Positions 1 to 8,627 of a DNA stretch of 40,408 nucleotides are shown piece by piece (the first letter of the stretch is position 1; the number at the start of each line of letters is the position of its first letter). The stretch lies in the IMG/VR virus record IMGVR_UViG_3300034084_000026, positions 1 to 40,408 of that record; one strand, given 5' to 3'. A program made the translations under genes and the position numbers. The notes below the pieces were generated by a model, which made no database searches, was not told the DNA's origin, and saw only the letters and a list, made by a program, of their open reading frames with translations. The stretch is from a virus. Taxonomy: Duplodnaviria > Caudoviricetes.

Positions 1-144
1 GTATCTCGCCATGTAACTGCCCCCCGTGAAACTTATGGCCGCTCTCCGGCCATGCAGGTGCTCCCCGACATCAAAATGCTGAATGAAATGGAAAAGACCA
101 TAATGAGGGCGGCGCACAAAATCGTGGACCCACCCCTGTTGGCA
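1..144. repeat. Terminal direct repeat, left copy (circular assembly overlap)
   Basis: 1-144 matches 40265-40408 except T18 versus C40282. Confidence 0.95.
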
Positions 145-873
145 TATGGTGATGGTATCCTTTCCGCGTTCAACGCCCGGCCAAACGCCATTAACTATGG
201 CGGAGTAGATGAGCAAGGCCGTCAACTGGTTCATCCCCTAAAGACCGGCAGCAATTTACCTATCGCTCTGGAAATGACGGAGCAGAAGCGGAAGTTAATA
301 AACGACGCGTTTTACGTAACCTTGTTCCAGATTTTGGTCCAAAATCCGCAAATGACGGCCACCGAGGCTTTGATCAGAGCGCAGGAAAAAGGACAATTGC
401 TGGCCCCAACCGTTGGCCGCCAGCAATCCGAATTTCTTGGCCCGACCATAGAGCGCGAACTGGATATCCTGTCGGCAGCGGGAGTTCTGCCGCCCATGCC
501 CGACAAGTTAAAGAGGGTTGGCGGAGGCGTCAAGGCGGTGTACACCTCGCCCCTGTCCCGTTTGCGCCGGGCCGAAGATGGGGTGGCCATCATGCGCACC
601 ATTGAAGCCATAGGCCCGATAGCCAACGTCAAGCCAGAAGTAATGGACATCTTTGATGATGATGCCTTGGTCCGCGAGTTGGCCGAAATTAATGGCGTAC
701 CAACCAAGATCCTTCGCACCCCGGACATCGTGCTAGCGATCCGGGAGGGGAGAAAGCAACAACAAGAACAGGCTTCGTTACTCGAAGGAGCCGGGACAGC
801 CGCAAGTGCCGCCAAAAATATGGCGCAAGCGGCGCAAGCGGCAAGTTTTATTCAACCGGCAACAGTGCAATAA
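1..873 (+). CDS. Portal (head-tail connector) protein, C-terminal half; continues from 39497 across the junction
   Basis: YGRSPAM..LPD..L and MTATE..R..E motifs typical of T7/BPP-1-type portals. In frame with the ORF starting at 39497; joined length about 546 aa. Confidence 0.92.
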   Translation, partial: VSRHVTAPRETYGRSPAMQVLPDIKMLNEMEKTIMRAAHKIVDPPLLAYGDGILSAFNARPNAINYGGVDEQGRQLVHPLKTGSNLPIALEMTEQKRKLINDAFYVTLFQILVQNPQMTATEALIRAQEKGQLLAPTVGRQQSEFLGPTIERELDILSAAGVLPPMPDKLKRVGGGVKAVYTSPLSRLRRAEDGVAIMRTIEAIGPIANVKPEVMDIFDDDALVRELAEINGVPTKILRTPDIVLAIREGRKQQQEQASLLEGAGTAASAAKNMAQAAQAASFIQPATVQ

Positions 874-882
874 GGAGAAATC

Positions 883-1125
883 ATGCATCAAACTAAAGAA
901 ATCGTAAATGGCCAAGAACGAGTGACAACGTTCACAGATGAGGATGAAGCGAATGTTCGACAAAATCAAGAGCATGGTGCTGAAGAAGCGGCAAGCGTAC
1001 CGAGCGATATTCAGCCCAAAGGGCCTGTTGACTCCAGCGGCGGAAATAGTGATGTCGGACCTTCGGCAATTTTGCCGGGGGACATCAACCCCGGCAATAG
1101 TGTCACCAGCGACTCAACAGATTGA
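883..1125 (+). CDS. Acidic 80-aa ORF overlapping the next gene in another frame
   Basis: Strong RBS TAAGGAG (871-877) immediately after the portal stop. No recognisable family. Confidence 0.45.
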   Translation: MHQTKEIVNGQERVTTFTDEDEANVRQNQEHGAEEAASVPSDIQPKGPVDSSGGNSDVGPSAILPGDINPGNSVTSDSTD

Positions 1126-1246
1126 TCCGATAGCCACCGGCATTGCTATCGGTCGGCTTGAGGTGTGGCACCGCATCTGTCAGAACATCCACCTGACAGA
1201 TGCTGATATTTACAGACTTGTGGATAAATTCGATGAGGAGCAATAA
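953..1246 (+). CDS. Conserved podovirus protein between portal and scaffold (Bbp19-like)
   Basis: Y..IF...V..DL..FC....A...GR..V pattern and position. GAGG RBS favours ATG 953 over 938. Confidence 0.75.
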   Translation: MFDKIKSMVLKKRQAYRAIFSPKGLLTPAAEIVMSDLRQFCRGTSTPAIVSPATQQIDPIATGIAIGRLEVWHRICQNIHLTDADIYRLVDKFDEEQ

Positions 1247-1248
1247 AA

Positions 1249-2136
1249 ATGAGTGACGGGACCGGAGCAGCAGGTGAAGGGACTCCCGCAGCAGATCCAG
1301 CGGCGGCGAGTGTTTCAGCGAATGACCCAGCGGCAGCGGCGCCAGCCGGGGGCAAATGGTACGACGGATTCAAGGATCAGGGCGTAAAAGAATGGCTAGG
1401 GGCATACGGAGACGCGTACCCCGACGCGGAGGCCGTAGCTAATAAGGCCCTTAATCTGGAAAAATTCGTCGGGGCGGACAAGGCTGGCCGGGGTGTCATC
1501 GTCCCCAAGCCAGACGCAACTCCCGAGGAATGGCAGTCGTTCTATAAGAAGGTAGGCGGCGTTCCCGAAACAGCCGATGGGTACACCTTGCCGGATGAAG
1601 TTAAAAACGACCCCATGATGGTTAAGTTCCGCGATGCGGCCCATAAAATGGGCATGCCGCCCCAATTTTTCAGTGAGATCCAAAAGTGGTACGGCTCTGA
1701 AATGAAAGAGGCGCGGGACGCGCAATACGCCCAGTGGGAACAACAAGCCGATCGCGAGATGGGGCAACTGAAAGATGAGTGGGGGCAGGACTACGACAAG
1801 AACGTCGAGTTCAGCCGCCGCGCAGCCGCGTCTTTCATTCCGCATAAAAATCCCGAACAACTGAAAGAAACCCTGACCAAAATCGAAGGGGCGATTGGTT
1901 CTCGGGCCACGATGAAAATTTTTTCCAACATCGGCCAGTCTACGGGTGAGCATGGCTTTATTGGCGGGGAAGGCAATGGCATTAACGGCGGGATGACCCC
2001 CGAAGGTGCGAGGGTTCGTATTTCTGAACTCAAAGCCGACCCGGCTTGGGCCAAATCTTTTGCCAGCGGGGACGCGGATAAAAAGGCCGAATGGGACCGT
2101 TTGCATAAGGTGGCGTATCCGAACAAACCGTCTTGA
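1249..2136 (+). CDS. Capsid assembly scaffolding protein
   Basis: Low-complexity Ala/Pro N-terminus, G.PE..D.Y and L..EWG..YD motifs, located just before the major capsid gene. Confidence 0.8.
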   Translation: MSDGTGAAGEGTPAADPAAASVSANDPAAAAPAGGKWYDGFKDQGVKEWLGAYGDAYPDAEAVANKALNLEKFVGADKAGRGVIVPKPDATPEEWQSFYKKVGGVPETADGYTLPDEVKNDPMMVKFRDAAHKMGMPPQFFSEIQKWYGSEMKEARDAQYAQWEQQADREMGQLKDEWGQDYDKNVEFSRRAAASFIPHKNPEQLKETLTKIEGAIGSRATMKIFSNIGQSTGEHGFIGGEGNGINGGMTPEGARVRISELKADPAWAKSFASGDADKKAEWDRLHKVAYPNKPS

Positions 2137-2162
2137 CAGTAGTGCCCATGGTGTGTTATCAT
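2133..2162 (+). promoter_or_regulatory. Sigma-70-type promoter for the capsid operon
   Basis: TTGACA (2133-2138), 18 nt spacer, TGn-TATCAT (2157-2162). Confidence 0.65.
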
Positions 2163-2320
2163 GGGGTCTTACAGTAGGGACCCCCCGCCGAAGGCGGGGG
2201 CCTACCGGAACTCGGGGAAGACCGGGCATCCAGCAGAATGAATCTGTTAGCGCAGGTCCGTGACGAACGGGACACCTAAGCAAAAGTTAATTCACACAAA
2301 ACTTTTTAGGAGCAACCCAA

Positions 2321-3208
2321 ATGTCCGACAACGTACCAACCCATTACGCGCAGCAATACGCTTCCACCATCGAACTGTTGCTGCAACAACGCGGTTCGCG
2401 TCTTCGCGATTCCGTTACCCCCCACTCCATTCGTGGTGCCAAAGCGGCTTCTGTGGTCGATCAGATCGGTAAGGTTGAAGCAACCAAGCGCACCACCCGC
2501 TACCCGGCATTGACCCCGGCTGACACCCCAACCGATCGTCCTTGGGTCTACCCTTCGGACTATGATTGGAATGACATGCTGGATTCCATCGACAAGTTGC
2601 GCATGCTGACCGATCCGACTTCCACCTATGCAATCAACGGCACTTACGCTATGGGCCGCGCTCAGGATAAGGAAATCATTTCCGCGTTCTTCGGGGATCG
2701 TAAGTCTGGCGAAAATGGTGGAACTACAACCACCTTCCCGGCTGGCCAGCAAGTGGCCGTTAATTATGGCGCATCCGGCAACGTCGGCCTCACCGTGGCG
2801 AAACTCCGTGAAGCAAAGCGTCTTCTGATGGCCGCCGAGGTGGATATCGAAACTGACCCGCTTACTCTGCCCGTCACCGCCAAGCAGCACGACAACCTTC
2901 TGGCCGAGATTCAGGTTATCTCTCTGGATTTCAACGAAAAACCGGTGCTTACCGAGGGCTTGATCACCCGTTTCCTGGGCTTCAATCTGAAACACACCGA
3001 GTTGCTGTCCACCGATGCCAGCACTTATCGGCGCATCCCAGCTTACGCTCGGTCCGGCATGCATCTGGCGATTTGGAACGACATCACCACCGATATCTCG
3101 CAGCGTAAGGATCTGGCCGGTCTGCCGATCCAAGTTTACGTATTCGGGACCTTCGGCGCTACCCGTTCCGAAGAGAAGAAAGTCGTCGAAATCAAGTGCG
3201 CTGAGTAA
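2321..3208 (+). CDS. Major capsid protein
   Basis: 295 aa with LLQQRGSRLR, D..D.LR.L.DP.S.Y, AMGRA.D and GATR.EE.KVV motifs; AGGAG RBS; follows the scaffold gene. Confidence 0.9.
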   Translation: MSDNVPTHYAQQYASTIELLLQQRGSRLRDSVTPHSIRGAKAASVVDQIGKVEATKRTTRYPALTPADTPTDRPWVYPSDYDWNDMLDSIDKLRMLTDPTSTYAINGTYAMGRAQDKEIISAFFGDRKSGENGGTTTTFPAGQQVAVNYGASGNVGLTVAKLREAKRLLMAAEVDIETDPLTLPVTAKQHDNLLAEIQVISLDFNEKPVLTEGLITRFLGFNLKHTELLSTDASTYRRIPAYARSGMHLAIWNDITTDISQRKDLAGLPIQVYVFGTFGATRSEEKKVVEIKCAE

Positions 3209-3245
3209 TAACTCACTCAACCGCTAAATTCAGGAGAAATGAACT

Positions 3246-3752
3246 ATGACTACCGAAGCTATTAAATCCGCGCAATTGACCAATGCCGACGCAACCCCGG
3301 CAGTAATCAACAGCGCTCAAGTTGCAAATGGCCGCGTCCGCCACATGCGGGGCGTTTGTGCCGCCACTACCACCATGGCGGCAGGCAGCACCTACCGCTT
3401 TTTCCGCATCAAATCCAATGACACCATCCGCGATTTGCGGCTGGACAACGCCACCCTTGGCGCTTCCTGCACCATGGATTTCGGCCTTTACCAGACCGCC
3501 GCAAACGGCGGTGCCGTGGCCGATGCCGATCTGTTTGCCTCCGCCGTTGACATGAATACGGCAAACCGGGGTTTGGACATCCACCGCGAATCCGGCATCA
3601 TCACGGTGGCTAACATGGAAAAACCCATCTGGGAATTGTTGGGCCTTTCCGCCGATCCGCAAATTGAGTATGACGTTACTGCGACGGTGGTGGTTGCCAC
3701 CGCCGCTTCCGGTTCGTTCGCCTTGACTGCCGGGGTAGTTGGCAAAAACTAA
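3246..3752 (+). CDS. Capsid-associated (decoration/cement-like) protein
   Basis: Beta-rich 168 aa directly after the capsid gene, strong RBS, followed by a terminator. Confidence 0.65.
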   Translation: MTTEAIKSAQLTNADATPAVINSAQVANGRVRHMRGVCAATTTMAAGSTYRFFRIKSNDTIRDLRLDNATLGASCTMDFGLYQTAANGGAVADADLFASAVDMNTANRGLDIHRESGIITVANMEKPIWELLGLSADPQIEYDVTATVVVATAASGSFALTAGVVGKN

Positions 3753-3770
3753 GCAGCTTTCGCCGCTTTT

Positions 3771-3797
3771 CCCGTGGCTTCGGCCACGGGTCTTTTT
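3771..3797 (+). terminator. Rho-independent terminator
   Basis: CCCGTGGC-TTCG-GCCACGGG stem-loop followed by TCTTTTT. Confidence 0.85.
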
Positions 3798-3809
3798 GGA
3801 GGATGAATC

Positions 3810-4004
3810 ATGGCAACAAGGATTTATGGACTGTCCCGTGGCGAAAATATGGACCAAGTTACCGAGGGTGTCGGGTCCGCCGTGGCCGCAGACGGAATTG
3901 AACTGACAGTTGATCTGGCGGTCAGCCTGACCAAGGAGGATGTGCTTCTGGCGCTCGAAAAGTTCGAGTATCACATCATCAAGGGCAACTGGCCCCCGGC
4001 GTAA
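3810..4004 (+). CDS. Hypothetical virion-module protein
   Basis: GGAGG RBS, 64 aa, tightly packed in the operon. Confidence 0.75.
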   Translation: MATRIYGLSRGENMDQVTEGVGSAVAADGIELTVDLAVSLTKEDVLLALEKFEYHIIKGNWPPA

Positions 4005-4016
4005 GGGAGGCCCAAA

Positions 4017-4616
4017 ATGGCCTCCGAAGTTGAAATAGTTAACTTTGCGCTCACCCTCTTAGGTGAGTCTCGCATTGCGTCCATGGACGACGATGTAAAA
4101 CCCGCAAGGGAAGCAAAGGCCGTATTTACTCTGACCCGCGATTCACTTCTTTCGGCGTATGACTGGTCGTTTGCCAAGACCAGATCGCAAATCCCCGCCC
4201 TTTCAGACGCCCCCGCCTTCGGATATTCATTGCAATACCAGTTACCATCGGATTGCTTGAGGATTTTATTTGTTGGTGATCATTATGCCGGGGTCGATCT
4301 TACCGATTACCGATCCGCGCCAACGGAGGAATTTGAACTGGAAGATCGAAAAATTATAACCGATATGGCCGCCCCGTTAAATTTGCGTTATGTTAAGCGC
4401 GTTACCGATACGGCCCAATTCGCTCCGAATTTTGTTACATCCTTCTCCGCAAAATTGGCCGAACAGTTGGCCGAACCCCTAACCCAGTCGGATACCAAAC
4501 GGGCTAGGGCGGAAAAGGCTTTTTCCACGGCCATATCCTTGGCCATACGTGCCAACGCCATTGAATTGCCTCCAAAAAGATTGGCCGATGACGACTGGCT
4601 GATGTCGAGACTATAA
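4017..4616 (+). CDS. Tail tubular protein A / adaptor (T7 gp11-like)
   Basis: EIVN.AL..LG...I, W.FA and Y.LP.DCLRI motifs. Confidence 0.85.
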   Translation: MASEVEIVNFALTLLGESRIASMDDDVKPAREAKAVFTLTRDSLLSAYDWSFAKTRSQIPALSDAPAFGYSLQYQLPSDCLRILFVGDHYAGVDLTDYRSAPTEEFELEDRKIITDMAAPLNLRYVKRVTDTAQFAPNFVTSFSAKLAEQLAEPLTQSDTKRARAEKAFSTAISLAIRANAIELPPKRLADDDWLMSRL

Positions 4617-5212
4617 TGGATATAGCCGCCCCTCATTCAACTAAATTGGCCGCCCCCGTTCGCCTACATTATGCCAGCGCGACTCCCGGATCGTACCCTG
4701 CCGTTGGGTCGGAAAGACCGCTACCAATAATATCTACGGAACATCTTAGAATACATGAGGGGGTGATGTATTCTTTTGGCCATTTATGGGACTCCGCTAA
4801 TAAGGTATTGGACGGGGCGTTCGCGGACATAGTGGTGGCCACTCCGGCTTCCGTTACTATTCACGGTGTATTTGTAGTCGATTCTGGCGGCGAATCTGAA
4901 TTATATGTGTATGAGGGTGCCGTTGTTTCCGGCGGCACCCAATTAGTAGTCGGCAATAGAAATAGAAGATCCGCTAACGTTTCTTCATTGGTGGCGGCCC
5001 ATAGCCCCTCCGTGATAACGTTGGGAAACCAAATTGAAAGTTCATTGGTAGTTGGCGGATCTGGGCCACATTCCCAAGGGGGGTCAGCTAATTTTGATGA
5101 TGAATTTATTCTTGCATTGGATACCGTATATTTAATCAGACTAAAAAATACATCCGGATTAAGTAAGGCTATGCACATTAACGCCGTGTTCTATGAGGTG
5201 GCAAATGGCTAA
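4616..5212 (+). CDS. Hypothetical beta-rich protein between adaptor and nozzle
   Basis: Overlaps both neighbours; visibly more AT-rich than its flanks. Confidence 0.7.
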   Translation: MDIAAPHSTKLAAPVRLHYASATPGSYPAVGSERPLPIISTEHLRIHEGVMYSFGHLWDSANKVLDGAFADIVVATPASVTIHGVFVVDSGGESELYVYEGAVVSGGTQLVVGNRNRRSANVSSLVAAHSPSVITLGNQIESSLVVGGSGPHSQGGSANFDDEFILALDTVYLIRLKNTSGLSKAMHINAVFYEVANG

Positions 5213-7709
5213 AGTATCACCAGTCATAACCTCCATGAACGCCGGGGAATTTTCGCCCCTGATGGCCGGGCGGACGGACATAAAATACTACGAACACGCC
5301 TGCAGGAAAATCCGCAATTTCATAATATCCCCCCAAGGTCCGGCCCGGCGTAGACCGGGGACTAGGTATGTTGCCGAAGTTAAGGACAGCGCGGCCCGTA
5401 CTTGGTTATGGCGGTTTGAATTTAACATTGAACAAGCCTACGTTCTAGAATTTGGGCACCTGTATGTTAGGTTTTTCTCAAATCATGGTGTTGTTGGTGC
5501 TCCATATGAAGTCGCGACCCCTTACACCACCGCTAATTTAACGAACGCAGATGGAACCTTTGCCCTACGGTTTGTGCAGTCGGGCGATGTGTTGTACATC
5601 TGTCATCCGGATTATGCGCCAAGGAAATTAACCCGCACCGGGGCCGCCACATTTACCCTAGCCGCCATGGCCCCGTATGCCGGGCCATTTCAGGACGTGG
5701 ACCCGGACGCCACCATTACAGTATATTCCAGTGCCAATACCGGAGTGGTCACCTTAACCGCATCATCCGCCATATTCTTAGCTGGGCATGTAGGAACGGA
5801 TTTCTTTTTGGAACAAAAGGCCGTTGATGCCATAAAGCAATGGGAAGTTGGCAAAGCTATCGGGGCCGGTAACGTAAGGCGGTCCGATGGTAAAAATTAC
5901 AGCGCCCTGAATGCGGCCACCACTGGGTCCATCAAACCGGTACACTCGTACGGCGCTAGGTATGATGGCGACGCCGGGGTGCAATGGCAATTTGATGATC
6001 CCGGATATGGATGGGCTACCATAACAGCAATCGGGGGCGGAGGGACCACGGCAACCGCCACGGTGGTTTCTCGCATACCGGACGGGGCGGTCGGGGTAGG
6101 TAATGCCACCAACCGCTGGGCGCTCAGCGCATGGAGTGGTGTTGATGGATACCCGGATAATGTTACTTTCTTCCGGGAGAGATTGGCGTTTGCCAGAGAC
6201 CGTCAGATCTGGCAATCTGTATCGGGGGATTTTGAAAATTTCCAGCGTAAGGACGACGGCGGTTTGGTAACCGCCGATATGTCGATTGTTTCCGATATAA
6301 CTTCAGATAAGGCAAACCGGATTGAATGGCTTGCTCCGTCCGACACCGCCCTGCTGATCGGGACGGCTGGTGATGAACACGCTATGTCGGAAATATCCAC
6401 CACTGAGCCATTCGGCCCGGCCAACGCCAAGGCCAAAAAGCAATCCGAGTACGGGTCCCGCCACATCCCTGTTTGTCGGGTAGGTGCTGGCGTAATATTT
6501 GTGCAAAAATCGGGCCGGAAAGTCCGGGACATGATGTTTGCAGAAAGCGTGACCGAACGTTGGGTGTCCTCCGACACCACGGTGCTGGCTGAACACATAA
6601 CCCGTGGCGGGATAATTGACATGGCTTACCAACAGGAACCCGATTCCGTTGTGTGGTGTGCGCGGTCAGACGGGGTACTGCTGGGGTTTACGCTGAATCG
6701 GGAGCAGGACGTCAGAGGGTGGCACCCTCACCGAATCGGCGGATATTCCAATGCCGATCAGGATCAATACGCCATTGTCGAATCAATTATTTCCATACCG
6801 GCCCCGGACGGGGACCGCGATGAATTGTGGATGATCGTTCGCCGTTATGTAAACGGGGCCGCCCAACGCTACGTGGAATGGATGGAATACCATTATGAAG
6901 AGGGGGATGACCCGGAATCGATATTTTATGTTGATTCCGGCCTGTCACTGGATAATACAAAGGCCGCGACCCTTACCCCCGGAGCCGGGGCTACGGTAAA
7001 AGGGTCTGTGGGGGTTGTATTTACAGCCGGTTCGGCCATCTTTTCATCCGGTGATGTCAGCAGACACATAGTTTATAGATATTATGAAATAGATATAACT
7101 GGCAAAATCATTTGGAAAAAAGCAACAGCAGAAATAACCACTTACACTGACACAACCCACGTGGTCTGCACCATTAATTCACCGTGGCCGAATCTAACGG
7201 CCATTGCTTCCGGTGGATGGAAAATGACCGTAACATCCGTTAGCGGGTTGGGGCATCTGGAGGGGCAAACGGTTCAAGTTTGTGCAGACGGCGCGGCCCA
7301 TCCGGATTGTGTGGTAACAGCCGGGGCGATATCCCTTCAGTGGCCAGTCAGCCGTATTCATGTCGGACTCTCTTGCCCTGCTGTGATACAGCCGATGCCG
7401 ATCAATGCTGGGGCGCAAGATGGCACCTCGATGGGTAAGACCCAAAGAATTTCTAAAGTCGGCATCCGGTTCGATAACACCATCGGCGCGAAATACGGGG
7501 CGGATGAAACGGCCCAAATGGACGTCGTTTTGACTCGTGGCGGCGGGGATAATATGGATGAAGCCCTGCCCTTATTTACCGGCATAAAAACCGTTTCGTG
7601 GCCGGATGGGTACGATAATCCAGCTTTAATAACCATAGTACAGGACCAACCGCTTCCGTGCACCGTGGTGTCACTGATGCCACAAATGGCAACGCAGGAC
7701 GCAAGATGA
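5205..7709 (+). CDS. Tail tubular protein B / nozzle (T7 gp12 / P22 gp10-like)
   Basis: NAGE.SP...GR.D, G.ARRRPGT, Q..DVLY..H..Y.P, GL.HLEG..V and Q.QPLP motifs. GAGGTG RBS before ATG 5205. Confidence 0.88.
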   Translation: MAKVSPVITSMNAGEFSPLMAGRTDIKYYEHACRKIRNFIISPQGPARRRPGTRYVAEVKDSAARTWLWRFEFNIEQAYVLEFGHLYVRFFSNHGVVGAPYEVATPYTTANLTNADGTFALRFVQSGDVLYICHPDYAPRKLTRTGAATFTLAAMAPYAGPFQDVDPDATITVYSSANTGVVTLTASSAIFLAGHVGTDFFLEQKAVDAIKQWEVGKAIGAGNVRRSDGKNYSALNAATTGSIKPVHSYGARYDGDAGVQWQFDDPGYGWATITAIGGGGTTATATVVSRIPDGAVGVGNATNRWALSAWSGVDGYPDNVTFFRERLAFARDRQIWQSVSGDFENFQRKDDGGLVTADMSIVSDITSDKANRIEWLAPSDTALLIGTAGDEHAMSEISTTEPFGPANAKAKKQSEYGSRHIPVCRVGAGVIFVQKSGRKVRDMMFAESVTERWVSSDTTVLAEHITRGGIIDMAYQQEPDSVVWCARSDGVLLGFTLNREQDVRGWHPHRIGGYSNADQDQYAIVESIISIPAPDGDRDELWMIVRRYVNGAAQRYVEWMEYHYEEGDDPESIFYVDSGLSLDNTKAATLTPGAGATVKGSVGVVFTAGSAIFSSGDVSRHIVYRYYEIDITGKIIWKKATAEITTYTDTTHVVCTINSPWPNLTAIASGGWKMTVTSVSGLGHLEGQTVQVCADGAAHPDCVVTAGAISLQWPVSRIHVGLSCPAVIQPMPINAGAQDGTSMGKTQRISKVGIRFDNTIGAKYGADETAQMDVVLTRGGGDNMDEALPLFTGIKTVSWPDGYDNPALITIVQDQPLPCTVVSLMPQMATQDAR

Positions 7710-8137
7710 TTGAACTAATTGACTTCGAACCAGAACACGCCATCGGCATAGATCTTCAGGATATGCAGAGCGAAATATCGGGCGGGATAACCGAGGGTTA
7801 CGCCCGTGGTCTGAAAAACGCCGGTATTGCTTATACCGGAATGCTGGACGGTGAGGTGCTATTCTGTTGCGGAATGGCTAAATGTTGGGAAGGCAGGTGG
7901 GTGTTGTGGTCCATGCTGTCGAAGAAAGCCGCCAAACATATGTTGCGCATAACTCGCATAAGTAAAAGATTAATCGAACTCCACTGTAATAATTACGGCA
8001 GACTGGAGGTTACCGTCCGGTCTGATTTTGAACAAGCCCATCGTTGGGTAAAGATGCTGGGCGTCCCGTTCCACCACCACGAAGAAAAATTTCTTCCGGG
8101 CGGCCATGACGCGGATATTTATGTGAGGTTCTCATAA
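7706..8137 (+). CDS. GNAT-like / T7 gp13-like protein
   Basis: ATGA overlap with the nozzle stop; W.....K and A.RW..MLG pattern typical of this gene position. Confidence 0.65.
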   Translation: MIELIDFEPEHAIGIDLQDMQSEISGGITEGYARGLKNAGIAYTGMLDGEVLFCCGMAKCWEGRWVLWSMLSKKAAKHMLRITRISKRLIELHCNNYGRLEVTVRSDFEQAHRWVKMLGVPFHHHEEKFLPGGHDADIYVRFS

Positions 8138-8625
8138 TGGCCGTATGGTTAATGGTAGCGTCGACGGTATTGTCCGCCGTGGGGGCGCACCAGCAGGGGC
8201 AACAGCAAAAAGCCCAATACGCTGCGTACGCGCAAGCCAATGAGTATAATGCGGCTGTTAATCGGCAAAAAGCCGAAACCAGTTACCAAGTCGCAAACCA
8301 GCGTGAGGAGCAACAACGCCGGAACGCCGCCATGTTTATCGGGAAGCAAAGGGCTTTCGCCGCCCAATCCGGTCTGGGTCTTGGAGGAAGTAATGCCGAC
8401 CTTGAACGCCAATCCGAAGTATTGGCCGAATTGGACGCATTGAATATTCGTTATGAGGGCGCCATGCAAGCAAGGGGCCTGCTACAAGAAGCCGACATGC
8501 AGGACTACAACGCCGGGATGAACAGGGTGGGGTCGTACAATGCTGGGGTCAGTGGCAATATGGCGGCGGCTAGCGCCTTGATGTCCGGCGGGGCCAAGGC
8601 TTACGGTATGTCGCAGAAGAGTTAA
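8137..8625 (+). CDS. Internal virion (ejection) protein, gp14-like
   Basis: Gln/Ala-rich helical protein with G.QRA..A.SG....GS motif. Confidence 0.75.
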   Translation: MAVWLMVASTVLSAVGAHQQGQQQKAQYAAYAQANEYNAAVNRQKAETSYQVANQREEQQRRNAAMFIGKQRAFAAQSGLGLGGSNADLERQSEVLAELDALNIRYEGAMQARGLLQEADMQDYNAGMNRVGSYNAGVSGNMAAASALMSGGAKAYGMSQKS

Positions 8626-8627
8626 CG

